Below are positions 42,325 to 53,679 of a stretch of 64,000 nucleotides of DNA, in pieces; within the stretch, counting starts at the first letter, position 1; each line of letters begins with the position of its first letter. The notes under the pieces were generated by a model. The model was not told the origin of the DNA and searched no databases. It was given only the letters and a program-made list of their open reading frames with translations. The position numbers and the translations under genes were made by a program. This DNA comes from Diplonema japonicum (taxonomy: Eukaryota > Protista > Euglenozoa: Diplonemea), in assembly GCA_964019335.1 (NCBI GenBank), contig OZ025733.1, positions 248,001-312,000 on the forward strand, in the 5' to 3' direction.

Positions 42325-44853
42325 ATGCTGCCCGTGAAAGTGGACGGTTCCAGGGAAAGCGGAGGTGCCCTATTTGGTTTGAAGTCAAAGATATCCCCAC
42401 GTGGAGTGGTGATTACAGCAGATGACAATGCAAGGTACGACGAGGCGAGGAAGCTTTGGAACGGAGACATCGACAAAAAACCATTGGCGGTGGTGGAGGT
42501 CGGCGGGCCGTCCGACATCCGGGCGTGCATCATGTGGTGCAAAGACCAAAACATCCCGTTCACGATGAGAGGCGGCGGCCACAGCATCCCAGGATGCAGC
42601 GTTCAGAACAATGCTATCGTCATCGACTGCCAACGCATGAAAAACATTCAAATCGACGTAAATACCAAAACCGCAAGAGCAGAATCCGGCTGCCTCCTCC
42701 GCGACCTCGATTGGGAAACATCTCTTCACAACCTTGCTGTCCCAGCAGGTACCGTATCCCACACAGGAATAGCAGGTTTAACACTAGGCGGAGGGTGGGG
42801 CTGGCTATCCCGCGCTTACGGCCTCACCATCGATTCCGTAACACAAATAGAAGGATACCTCGCAAACGGCGATTTTGTGGTTTGCAACAAAACAGAACAC
42901 CCGGATCTGTTCTGGGCCGCGAGGGGTGCGGGACAAAACCTCCTTGCGGTGACAGCATTTACATACCAATGCAAAGAAGTCCCATCTGTATACAGAGGAA
43001 CATTGGTCGTTCCGTTCAAAAACGCGGAAAAATTTTTAAACCTAGTTTTGAACTCGGTGAACGACGCACCTAACGAACTGAGTGTGAACAGCTACCTGGG
43101 ACACTACCCGGAACCTTCCGCGATGATGTCATTCTGCTACGTGAAACTCCCAGAAACGACACACCTCACAGAACAGAAATGCATGGAAATCCTGTCTACT
43201 TTACGAAAAACCACAGAAACCGATCTTTCAGGAAGCTCTGAAGGGTTTGAACACACACCATACATCCACATGCAGTCAGGCGCCGACACTGTAGTACCCC
43301 ACGGACGAGGATATTATTTGAAATCCGGAATGGTGAAGATGAACCCCGAACTCGTCGCGACACTTGTCGAAGGGTACCGATCAGTCCCAACGGACAACGG
43401 GTGCTTCATCGGTATAACCCACCTTGGAGGGAAGATCAACGAGTTTTCACTGAACAGCGCGGCATGGGGTAACCGAAACACTTCGCACACCTTAGAGATC
43501 ATCACGTCGTGGAACGACAGTGCCCACCGCGACAAGCTATACAACTGGACACGCGGCTTATTTCAAAAGTCAAAAGATTCTATTGAGGGAGTCTATTCAA
43601 ATTTCATTGGATCTGAAGAAGACCTCAAAAACGGGTCGTGGGGCGTCCACACAAAAAGACTTCAACGAATCAAATCAGTCTACGATCCGAGTAATTTGTT
43701 TAAAGGCTCGACACCGTTGTTACCTGATTCATCAGGCATAGAAGCATCTTCCATATTCAATGAGGAGTCTAAGGAAAAAGGTTTGAACTGGGCTAACACG
43801 GATCTTCTTCAATGGGAAGGCGTGCGGAAACCGCAAAGATACAACCTTGCGGAAGGAAAAGGAAACGTGGAGGAACAGTTCGAGGAGGACTTCGACCTGC
43901 AAACCGTCGACTGTTCGCTTATCTTGACAGATTTCGAAAAGTTTTCACAGACTCTCGGTACCGCGATGCACACCATAGGATTTTGCGTCTTAACCAACAC
44001 GGGAATCCCTTACGAAACCCATGAGTCTGCTAGGAGGGAAACCGAAAAGATCTTTTCCATACCCTTGGACAGAAAACTGTGCTTTTCCGCGTCGCGACCT
44101 TCCAACTCGTCAGTCAACCAAGGCTACTTTGGACACAAACAGACAAGCGGTGTTCATCCCGATCTCGTTGAAGGGTGGGTCTTCGCCAGGCGATCCTTCC
44201 CGAACCTTCCTTTAGACGCGGACGGAAGTTTGGAGAAGCGAGATGTGGGTTTGTGGCCTGAAGAACTCACCGAACAGCAGGATTTTTTCGAAGATTATGT
44301 CAGGGTTCATGAGAAGCTTGTGAAGCCTCTTACGACCGCTGTGTTGAAATACCTCGGAAAAGAGTGCTTGACAGAGGAGTTTTCAAAAAAGCTCGACAAC
44401 CCACAGTGTGCGGTGAGACTCAATTATTACCCGCCGGTGACAAGTACTGACAGAAAAACAGGGGCAGGGCGGTTGCTTGGGCATGAAGATGTTACGCTTT
44501 TCACGTTGCTCCCTGCACCCGTTTCAGAAGGGCTTCAGGTACTCCACACGAACGGAAAGTGGATTCGTGTCAAAGCACCCCCGGGATCCATAATTTTAAA
44601 CACGGGTGATTACATGCAGAGGATTACAAATGATGTGATGCCTTCCACTACTCATAGGGTTGCACAGCCTGTAGAGCTTTCAAGCAGCCCACGTATTACC
44701 ACTCCTCTTAATGTGTACTTGTGGGAGACAACCGTCCTTGAACCAATTGTGGAGAATAAGGACGGCAGGGAGTCTTACCCGCCTGTGGACGCGCTACACT
44801 TTCATACCTCGATTACGGAGAAGTACTATGGGAAGGGGTACAAGAAGGCGTGA
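42325..44853 (+). CDS. Fusion of an FAD-linked oxidase (BBE / 6-hydroxy-D-nicotine-oxidase-like) and an IPNS-family 2OG-Fe(II) oxygenase, 842 aa
   Basis: RGGGHS, G..SHTGIAGLTLGGG.GWLSR.YGL..D, DLFWA.RG.G and RL..IK..YDP.NLF; then GF...NTGI, RLNYYP, HED...FTLL, GLQV, NTGD..QR.TND..PST.HRV. Confidence 0.9.
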   Translation: MLPVKVDGSRESGGALFGLKSKISPRGVVITADDNARYDEARKLWNGDIDKKPLAVVEVGGPSDIRACIMWCKDQNIPFTMRGGGHSIPGCSVQNNAIVIDCQRMKNIQIDVNTKTARAESGCLLRDLDWETSLHNLAVPAGTVSHTGIAGLTLGGGWGWLSRAYGLTIDSVTQIEGYLANGDFVVCNKTEHPDLFWAARGAGQNLLAVTAFTYQCKEVPSVYRGTLVVPFKNAEKFLNLVLNSVNDAPNELSVNSYLGHYPEPSAMMSFCYVKLPETTHLTEQKCMEILSTLRKTTETDLSGSSEGFEHTPYIHMQSGADTVVPHGRGYYLKSGMVKMNPELVATLVEGYRSVPTDNGCFIGITHLGGKINEFSLNSAAWGNRNTSHTLEIITSWNDSAHRDKLYNWTRGLFQKSKDSIEGVYSNFIGSEEDLKNGSWGVHTKRLQRIKSVYDPSNLFKGSTPLLPDSSGIEASSIFNEESKEKGLNWANTDLLQWEGVRKPQRYNLAEGKGNVEEQFEEDFDLQTVDCSLILTDFEKFSQTLGTAMHTIGFCVLTNTGIPYETHESARRETEKIFSIPLDRKLCFSASRPSNSSVNQGYFGHKQTSGVHPDLVEGWVFARRSFPNLPLDADGSLEKRDVGLWPEELTEQQDFFEDYVRVHEKLVKPLTTAVLKYLGKECLTEEFSKKLDNPQCAVRLNYYPPVTSTDRKTGAGRLLGHEDVTLFTLLPAPVSEGLQVLHTNGKWIRVKAPPGSIILNTGDYMQRITNDVMPSTTHRVAQPVELSSSPRITTPLNVYLWETTVLEPIVENKDGRESYPPVDALHFHTSITEKYYGKGYKKA

Positions 44854-45297
44854 AGAAAAAAAAAAAGAAAAAAAAAGAAACTGGGGGGGTCTTGTTGAAT
44901 AGACCCATACACACCCCCTTGTTTTTTTTTGTTTTTTTGATTTTTTTGTACCCCCAAGGACACTGGCACCTTGGTTTTGGGGGTCAGAAAACGCAAAAAG
45001 AAAAAAAAAAGAACAGGGTGGGGACAAAAAACGTGTGAGATGGAATCGATCGTCTATTTTTTTTTTTGCTACCGGGGGGGGAAAAAAAAGAAGAAAAAAA
45101 AAAAACCTCATTGCCCCCGCTTTTTGCTCGGGGCAGTACTCAACTCACTCGTGCTGTGCCCAGCTTCGGGGATTCGAAAGGCTCTTTTTTTTTTCTTCCC
45201 CCCCCCCCCCGCCCCTCCGGCTCATTACTTCCTTCCCCTACTTTCTGCAAACCCTCCACAGATTTCATACACGTTTTCTTACAAAAAAAAAAAAGAA

Positions 45298-46197
45298 ATG
45301 TGTCTAGGCCCCATTCCTACAGAGCGCGTGTGCGTCGTGGAAAAGTCGAAAAGCGTCATGGGACAGCTGCTCTCCGTGCGAAAGAAGAGGTGCCTACACA
45401 ACTTCTTCGATGCCTTCATATCACCAAGGGCAGTGTGGGAATCGAAAGGTCTTCTCATGACCGAAAAAGCAGAAGGCAAACCCGCAATGCTGCGCCACTA
45501 CAACAAAGTGCTTGCAACGTCGCACCTTATCAACACGCACAGCTACGAGGAGCTGCCCTGCGAGGCTGGGATGTCCGCTTGCAAGTTTAACGTTGAAATG
45601 CTCGTCACCATCAGAGGAAAGACCGTTAAAAGAGACCCAGAATGGACCTTTAGCTATGACAACCACACGGGCCTTATTACCCGCATCGACTACAGCAGGA
45701 ACAATGGGAATGACATTCAACCCCCATCGCCCCCTGCATCCGACCGTCCGTGTGAACACAATTGTTGGGACTCTGTTCGGGTGAAGCGGCAGTGGTGTTT
45801 GCTTAGGTGCAGGGTGTGCGAGTCGCAGTGGCGTCTCCCAACAGGAAGCTTTGTAAAATGCCAGGCATTTTCCACCAAGCCGGGATGCCCTGTTGGGACT
45901 TCCTGTACCTTTATCCACATGAACGCCAGGAAGCAAACTGTAGCTGAGAGGCAGCTTGCCATTGACTTCGCTGACCACCCTGATGTGCTCGAACGCGCCA
46001 GGGTGGGGGCGTCGTCGAGGCCGTTCAAGAAACGTAGCACCAGGGTGAAGAAGAGCAAATCCAAGCAAGTGAAGGAGGGTACTTCTCCTGTTTTGCCTTC
46101 ACCCGTGCCTCTGCAGAGGTTGGGAAGGTCTGCTTCGATGATATGTGTGAGGGACTCTCTTTGTTCTTCAGGTCACAGGTCCAGGAGTTTGGAATGA
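45298..46197 (+). CDS. NTF2/SnoaL-like + Zn-ribbon + CCCH zinc-finger protein, paralogue 1
   Basis: AVWE....EG.PAMLRHY...GLI.RI (SnoaL-like); C.HN.WD..R......LRCRVC..QW; C-x8-C-x5-C-x3-H. Confidence 0.8.
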   Translation: MCLGPIPTERVCVVEKSKSVMGQLLSVRKKRCLHNFFDAFISPRAVWESKGLLMTEKAEGKPAMLRHYNKVLATSHLINTHSYEELPCEAGMSACKFNVEMLVTIRGKTVKRDPEWTFSYDNHTGLITRIDYSRNNGNDIQPPSPPASDRPCEHNCWDSVRVKRQWCLLRCRVCESQWRLPTGSFVKCQAFSTKPGCPVGTSCTFIHMNARKQTVAERQLAIDFADHPDVLERARVGASSRPFKKRSTRVKKSKSKQVKEGTSPVLPSPVPLQRLGRSASMICVRDSLCSSGHRSRSLE

Positions 46198-46350
46198 AAA
46201 AGATAATTTTTTTTTTTGTCTCCCTCCCAGTTTGTTTTGTTTTTGTTTTTTTGTTTTTTCTTCTCATGTTTTTAAAAAAATCTTTTGTTTCCCTGGGGTG
46301 CTTTCTCTCCCAGAGGTGTTGGGAGGGTTTGTACCTTTTTTCTAACGCTA

Positions 46351-46381
<31 letters not shown>

Positions 46382-46444
46382 CGCAGCTCGGCCGGTGAGC
46401 GCAAAAACGCATACCTTAAAAGAATAGTTTTTTTTTTTTTTTTT

Positions 46445-46596
46445 TTACAAATATTTATCTTTCAAAAATGATGATTTTTATAACTATATGCAACTTGTGC
46501 CGAAAACAAAAAACTTTTCCCAGCTTTTTTTTTTTTTTTAAAATAAACCTTTTTTGTTTGTGCGAACGACATATAGTCATAAAGAATTATTTTTTT
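46445..46596. repeat. Repeat family R5, inverted copy
   Basis: Reverse complement of 58210-58348. Confidence 0.8.
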
Positions 46597-46598
46597 AA

Positions 46599-46751
46599 GG
46601 TGGTGGGGATAACATGGAAATATAAGAAGTACATCAGATGTGTTGGTTTGCTGTTGTCACCTATGGTAGCGCCTGAGTGGTAGAATGTATTGCAGGTGCT
46701 CGGGTGATGAACAGGCAGCAAACTGCACATGCACAAAATCTTGGTTTCCCT
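46599..46751. repeat. Repeat family R1, truncated diverged copy
   Basis: ggtggtggggataac...tacatcagatgtgttg...gaacaggcagcaaactgcac...atcttggtt matches 54283-54455. Confidence 0.8.
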
Positions 46752-47257
46752 GTAGTTGATTGCGCCTAGCCAGTTGCTTGTACGCCATGCACTTTATAAG
46801 CAACCAAAGTCATTATTTTTTTTTTTTCCATTCATATTTTTCTTCTATTTGTTGTTGTTTTGAGGTTAAAAAAATGGACATTTTATGTTCCAGTCCCCTT
46901 TGAAATGATGCTCTGTTTTTTCATTTTTTTTTTTTTTGTCATTGCGCGTTGCATATTTAGAAAGAAACCAGCTCGCAAAATGGCGGCTTTTTTTGAAAGG
47001 AAATAAAATAAAATAAAATAAAATAAAATAAAATAAAAATAAAGGGGACACTAAGAAAGATGAGCACGCACACAAACAAGGCAAGTGAGAGATTGCGGGG
47101 GTATAATTTCTGACCCTCGAAAAATTCGGAAAAAAAAAAAAAAGACCCCCTCATTCCCCCACCCCTGCCACCCAAGGATACCTTCTTAATTTTTGTATCT
47201 TTTTACCCAACCTACCAATATGTGGTATTTTATTATGATCATGATAAAAACGCATAG

Positions 47258-47296
<39 letters not shown>

Positions 47297-47628
47297 TATT
47301 TTTTAAATTTGCCTCTTCTTCTTCTTTTTTTTATTCTTATTTATTTTTTTTTTTTTTGGAATATAAAAAAATAAAAAAATTGTCTACAAAAGAAAAAGTG
47401 CCGTTTTTGGCTGATATTTGTGGGCGAGATTTTTTGTTGTAATCACTGGGCCACTGCTGCCCTTCTCTTATATATTGTTCCTGTTTGGTTCCCGTTTAGA
47501 TATAGTTCTAACATGGCGCACCGCTTCCCATTCGTTTTTGCTGGAACAAGTAACAAACAAAGATTTTTGAAAAAAGAATTGTTCTTTGCACACATCAAAA
47601 AAAAAGGGGGGGTAATTCTCTCAGTACC

Positions 47629-47662
<34 letters not shown>

Positions 47663-48349
47663 TTCCGTTACCATTTTCAGTGAGATTTGGTACAGACCCC
47701 CAAGAAACTTTTTGGGTACGAAGTAGTGAATTGCCCCCCCCCCCCCCCCCCCCCTCGCAAAAAAACTATTTTATACAAGGTGCCTCCCTTTCTCTTATCT
47801 TTTCGCAAAAAGAAAAAAAAATAATAACAAATAAATAAATAAAAAACGACACTTTTTTTTTTTTTTTTTTACAATCTATTTCTTTTTTTTTTCTCTTCCG
47901 TGTCTCTCTCCGTTGTTCTCCAATTTTCTTCCCCCTAGTTTTTTTTCTTCTTTTTTTTTTTCCCCCGCTTCCCCCCCCTTTTTTTTTTTTTTCTCCTCCG
48001 TCTCATGGGGGAAGAAAAAAAAAAAGAAAAGAAGAAGAAGAAAAAAGAATGGGGAAAAAAAAAAAATCTAGGGGGGGAAACGGGGTTATTATATTATTAT
48101 TTATTTTTCGTCTTATTTTTTTTTAAAGGTTCACCCTGGCACAGAGAGACCGCAAAACAGCGGCAAAAAGAAAAAGAAAAAGAAAACTGCTATATCTGAA
48201 AGGTGGCGCCGCACAGGCAAGAAGCTCGCTCCATCCGTGTTGTTTGACTACAAACACCCGATGTCCTTTATAGTGCATTTGGAGTCGACTTTGGTGGTCG
48301 TACTGGGCGCCGTTTGACTTGTGCCACCTTGACGTAAAAAAAAAAGATC

Positions 48350-48382
<33 letters not shown>

Positions 48383-48565
48383 CCACCACCCCCTGTTATA
48401 TTGTTTTTGATCCAAAATACGGAATTGATTCCGCATTCTAAAAAAGATTGAAAACGAGAAAAGAAAAAAAAAGGAAAAAAAAAAAAGGAAATCTGGGTTT
48501 TTAAAATTCTTATTTTAACACAGACGAAAAAATAAATTTTCTTTTTTTTTTCCCCCCATTTTTTA

Positions 48566-49337
48566 CTTAATTCCGCAAAGTTACATGAGGAAATTTCTAA
48601 GAGCCATAAAAATCAGAAATCACTTTGCCGTTCACGAGTAAATGCAAAGTGAAGAATAAATGCAAAGTAATAGGCCGAATTTGGCTTAAAAAAAGTGCAG
48701 TAAATGCAAGGTAAAATCTGATTTTTACTCTGAGCAATTTTCGGGCTTTTTCGGTATTCGTCTTCATTTTTTGCATCTGGTGGCCGCTAACACCGCCTTA
48801 GGTCAGTCCCGAGGGACCGTTTTTTTGACCCCGATTTTATCGAAAAAGTTGGCGTCTCCAGGAGACTAGTGCGACGACATAACCACTGAGAATACGGCAT
48901 GTTGCGCTTTTACAAACGTCACTCGACATATAAATTAACTGGTTCGCAAAATATGAGACGAACCCAACCTGCCCAAAATACAGCCAGGTATCCCTTTACC
49001 AGGTTTCCGAGCCACCAAGCATCACACCTGAGGCCGGCAAATGCCGAAAATTACACCGGCCATGCATACAGGCGTTCTTTTACACGATACCTTGTTGATG
49101 AAGGAACCTGCTGGAAGTCAGACCTGATCAAGCCCCTGCACAAAACCAACAGTTTCTGAAGTGCGATGATCAAGTGCCGACACAAATTACACAAAACCTA
49201 CAGAATTCTGTCAATTTGACATCATCTTCTCAGGCAATCAGGCTTAGTTTTGACATCATGTGTGAACATTTCGCAGAAGTGAACATAAAGGGTTCACAGT
49301 GTCCGAAATTTCCTCATTTAACTTTGCAAAAATTAAG
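48566..49337. mobile_element. Non-autonomous TIR element (MITE-like, ~770 bp, flanked by TA)
   Basis: Left cttaattccgcaaagttacatgaggaaatttc and right gaaatttcctcatttaactttgcaaaaattaag form an imperfect ~32-bp inverted repeat. Confidence 0.75.
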
Positions 49338-49349
49338 TAAAATATCATA

Positions 49350-49509
49350 CTAAAATAAAAATCAGCCAGATTTTTACTCAGAATTTTTTTTTTTTTTTTT
49401 TTTTTTCCACTCGTTTTTTTTGAATTTCACTCGCTTCGCTCGTGAAATTCAACTACTCGTGAAAAAAAAGAAATTCTTCGTAAAAATCAGGTAATCTGAT
49501 TTTTATTTA
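49350..49509. mobile_element. ~160-bp palindromic MITE-like element with central hairpin
   Basis: aaataaaaatcag..agatttttac / gtaaaaatc..ctgatttttattt; central ttgaatttcac-tcgcttcgctc-gtgaaattcaa. Confidence 0.7.
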
Positions 49510-50708
49510 GTAAATAGTCATTTTTTTTTTTTTTCTCTTTTTTTTAGTGCGTCCAAAACGTTCAGCAATTAGGTGCTGTTCCCTCTCTGTTTCACTTTTT
49601 TTTTTTCTTGTTTTTTTTTTTCTCTTTTTGTTTATGAGACTTACCGCTCTTCGCCCCTTCCTCCCTTCTTCCCTATTTGCCATCGAGAGCCCTCTGGTTC
49701 TAGAAGTAACAGAGTGGTCATTCACAGGTAGCAACTGGCTGTTTATATTATCTTTTATACAATTTTTTTCTTCTTTTTTTGAGGTGAACCGTGCACATTC
49801 CTGACGCCATTAAGAGAGATTTTGTCTTCTGATATATTTTTTTTTAGAATAAAAAAAAAATAATGGTGGACGGGGGAATTATTTTTACCTTTCCTCTCTT
49901 CAACAGTTTTTCAGCTTCGCTACCCTCCCTCCCTACTCCCCCCCAAAAAAAAAGAAGAAAGAAAAAAAAAACGGAAAAAAAAGGAAAACAAATTTTGGCC
50001 ATCGTGTTTTCTTCTGACAAATATTTTGAAAAAAAAAAAAAAAAAAAAGAGAGAAAAAGGGAAAAGAAAAAAAAAATAGTAACTGGAGGGAATTGTAACG
50101 TAAACGGTGTATTTGTTGTATTCACTTTTTTTTTTTTTCAATAGTATGTGTGTACTTCCTTCCAAATATTTTAATTTCTTTTCCTCCTTTGTTATCCTTC
50201 CTGCCACCCTTCTTTTTTTTTCCTCCCCCGTCCTGAACTCTTCCTTCCCCACTAGTCTCGTTCCCTTTTACAACAGCTTGAAAACGGAAAATAAGAGAAA
50301 TGTAAAAGTTCAAAAAATTCTTGTTGTTTTTTTTTTTTTGTTCTATTGGTTGGCTTTCAAAAAAAAAAAAAAAAAAAAAAGTAACAGGAAAGAAAAAAGA
50401 TATCAACTTCTCACACCAAGCGCAAGAAAGTGCCTTTTTTTTTTTGTTTCGTTTTGTTCTTTTTCAAAATACTATATGGTCGATTATTTCGCTATTTGTC
50501 ACTTAAGGCTCGAGAAATGCTGCGAAGGTTTTCGCTCGAAGGTTTCCCACACGGGGCCCCAGGGGCCACACAGGGAAAATCAAAAAGATTTTCCAGAAAA
50601 TCCGTTGTGCCACCTATTGGGCCCAGGACGCAAATAAATCCATCCCAGCCCAAGGAAAAGCAATTGTAATCTTTTGGAGCTGCGCCGTGACAGGAAAAAA
50701 AAAAAAAA

Positions 50709-50850
50709 ATAGCTATTTATTGCCAACAAATAATGAGTCATTATTTAACTCGAGTTCCCGAATTCTTTGCACGAGGGCCCTGCGGGCCCTCGTGCAAAAA
50801 AACGGTAACGAGTGTTAAATAATGGCTCATTTGGCGGCAAGTAAGTCGTT
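50709..50850. repeat. ~140-bp imperfect palindrome with a perfect 15-bp core stem
   Basis: atgagtcattatttaac...tttgcacgagggccc-tgc-gggccctcgtgcaaa...gttaaataatggctcat. Confidence 0.85.
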
Positions 50851-51231
50851 TTATTTCACTTTTCGTCATTTGAGTCACTCACTCTTCACTGCTTTCACTG
50901 CTGTTTTTTTTTTTCACGCAGGTCAGCCTTTTTGGGGATTTTCCTAAGGTAATATGGGGTAGCTATTTCGCCGTGGCATTTAAAGGGGAAGTAAAGCACT
51001 TATTCCCACTTTTAAGGGCTGGAATGGCCTCAGATGGCCAAAAATAGTCAAAATACCCCCACCCCAAAAAGATTTTTCAAGGAGTTAGGTGCATTTTTTT
51101 CCACGGCGAGACTCATTTTTCCACTCTGAAGGGCCATTATTTCACTCTGAAGGGCTAGTTAAATAAGGCGATTTCGCGTTAAATAATGAGGCCCCTAGTG
51201 AGTGAAGAAAATGACGAAGAGTGAAATAAAA
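50848..51231. mobile_element. ~380-bp MITE-like element
   Basis: ttttatttcacttttcgtcattt / aaatgacgaagagtgaaataaaa, a 23-bp inverted repeat with 1 mismatch. Confidence 0.7.
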
Positions 51232-52010
51232 AAAAAAAAAAATAGCGCATAATCAACTGTACCAATACTATTATGTGGTTTAAAAAATGATTAATAAACT
51301 TGTCCTCTATATGCGAGTAAAGACTTACTTCTGCAGAAAGTTTTTTTTTTTCCTTTTTTTTTTTTCCTTCTCTTCTTCCTCTTCGAGGATAAAAAAAAAA
51401 TAGGGAAAAAAAAAAAAAAAAAAAAAAAAGAAAGAAAAAAAAAAAAAGAAACTTACCCCCGACAGGTTTTTATCATAATTTTTTTCCGACCTCACCCAGA
51501 CTGGAATTGCTTCTGTGAAGGAGGAGAGGGGGGGGGGGGGAAAGAAAAGAGAGAGAAGAACCGAGAAAAAAAAAAAGGAATACAAAACGAGAAGCTCCCA
51601 CCAACCTAAATGACAGATTTTCACAGACATGATGAGTAATTTTATTAGGTAAAATAACGTGCATATAGTTCTAAAGTACAACTAATGATGTCAAAAAATG
51701 GGATTTGATTTGGGGAGAACCCAGGTTGAAGATAAAAAAAACCTGAAACCTTCTCATTTTCTTTTTTTTTTATCTCCACTGAGTTCTTCGCTTTTTTTTT
51801 TTTTTTCTTTTTTTCTCCCTCCTTTCTTTTGTATTCGCAGCCCTTTCCCCTTCTTCTTTTTTTTGTTTTGTTTTTTTTGTTGTTATGTGCATAGTTCGGC
51901 GTGCAGATAATTGAAACCCGCTTCTTCTTTTTTTTTTTTTTTTTCATTCATCTTCTTTCTTCTCGCGGCGCTTTCTTTCATGTATAAAACGACGAACTAT
52001 AGCAAATATA

Positions 52011-52063
<53 letters not shown>

Positions 52064-52454
52064 ACCCCTTCCCCTCCTTTTTTCTTTTTTGCTTGTGTTT
52101 TAAATTTCGATAAGTCAATCTAAAATACCTGCAAGAAAATGAGTTGTTTTTAAACAGTACTAGTAACCCCCTTGCGTACAAATAAATGCAGCGCAAAACT
52201 GTTCCCCTCTTTTTTTTTTTTTCTTTTTTCTTTTTTTTTGGCACGATTTTTCGTAAGGGAGAGAAGAAAAAAAAAAACACTTTCCTTTTTTTCTTCTTCT
52301 TTTTTTTTTTCTCTTGAATGTGATCCATTATGGAAGATGAAGAAAAATGATGGATGGGGGGGGGGGGGGGGGGGACGGAGGAAAAAAAGACTTTTTTTGT
52401 TCTCTCTCTTTTTTTTTTTTTTTTTCCAGTTTGTTTTATTTTATTTTTTTTGTG

Positions 52455-52491
52455 GGCCCGTTGCTAACCACTTCGTTCCCTGTCATAGTGA
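52455..52491 (+). repeat. M35 motif, copy 4
   Basis: ggcccgttgctaaccacttcgttccctgtcatagtga. Confidence 0.85.
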
Positions 52492-52753
52492 ATTTTTTTC
52501 TTCTTCTTTTTTTTTTTTTTTTTTGTTTCTCCCTCTTCTTCGGCCTTTTAAGAAAATGAAACAAGGTATGATTTTGTTTTCTTCCTTCATTTTTTTTTGT
52601 TCTTATTTTGGTTCTCTCTCCCAAGACGCTAAGATACTAGCAGCAAAGTACTATATCAATGCCGCTCTGCTGCAGGTCACAATGTTGAAATTGCGACCAT
52701 TTTGAAAAAAAAAAAAAAAAAAAAAATTATAAAATGCTGGCGAGTGTTGCAGG

Positions 52754-52795
<42 letters not shown>

Positions 52796-53372
52796 GGGAA
52801 AAAAAAATAAAAGTGTAATGTTGTTTCTTGTGCCTGAACCTTGACTTGACTCTTTTGTACCAAAAGCAGCAAAAAAAAAAAAAAAAAAAAAAAAAAGCAA
52901 AAAAAAAAAAGAATTATATCTTGCGACATTCTCCCATCACTCTCTCTCCCTCTCTATCCTTTCCTCCTAGCTCTTTTTTTTTTTTTTTTTTTTTATATTT
53001 ATAAAGGAATGAAGAAAATAGATAAAAAGGAATAATGGAAGAAAGGGGGGGAAGGAGAAAAAAAAACGAGAGAGGGGGGGATAAAAAATGAAAAAACTTA
53101 ATTTTTGTATATTCATTAAAAAAAAAAAAAGAAAAAGGTGTTTAGGCAAACAAGACTGTTGATGAGTTGCAAAGTTCAATCATATTTTGGGTCCTAATGC
53201 ACTAAAAAAGATTTCTTTGCAACCTTTGCGGGGGAAAAAAATAATAATAATAATAATAAAAAAAAGAAGGAAAAAAAAAACCCCAAATAATTTATTAACC
53301 TTTTTTTTGCCTATTCTATTTTTTTTATTTTTTTTTTCATACCTCTCCTCTTCTCCTTATGTTTTTTTTTAT

Positions 53373-53485
53373 GCAAGAACGAATCTTTAACTTGTCTAAA
53401 CAAAAGGGGAACGTTGGCAACATGTTTCGGGTTGACAAACTTCTCCAGGTTTTACCCGGCACGTACAAACAACGGCCAGTTCCTC
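53373..53485 (-). repeat. Repeat family R2, copy 3 (uninterrupted)
   Basis: Reverse complement of the R2 consensus. Confidence 0.9.
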
Positions 53486-53646
53486 TTTTTACTTTTATTT
53501 GACGCCTCGTGTCTCTAAAACCCGGCACAAAAATTTGCTACTGTTTCAATTTTTTTTTTTTTGCCAGTTTTAGAGATGCGGGGTGTTTATTGTTATTATC
53601 ACACCAAGGAGAAAAAGTGCCGAAAATTCACTGAAAATGATGGTTT

Positions 53647-53679
<33 letters not shown>

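Noticed and set aside
47001-47040. (AAAAT)n microsatellite and similar AT repeats at 9400-9540
   Set aside because: Ordinary simple repeats
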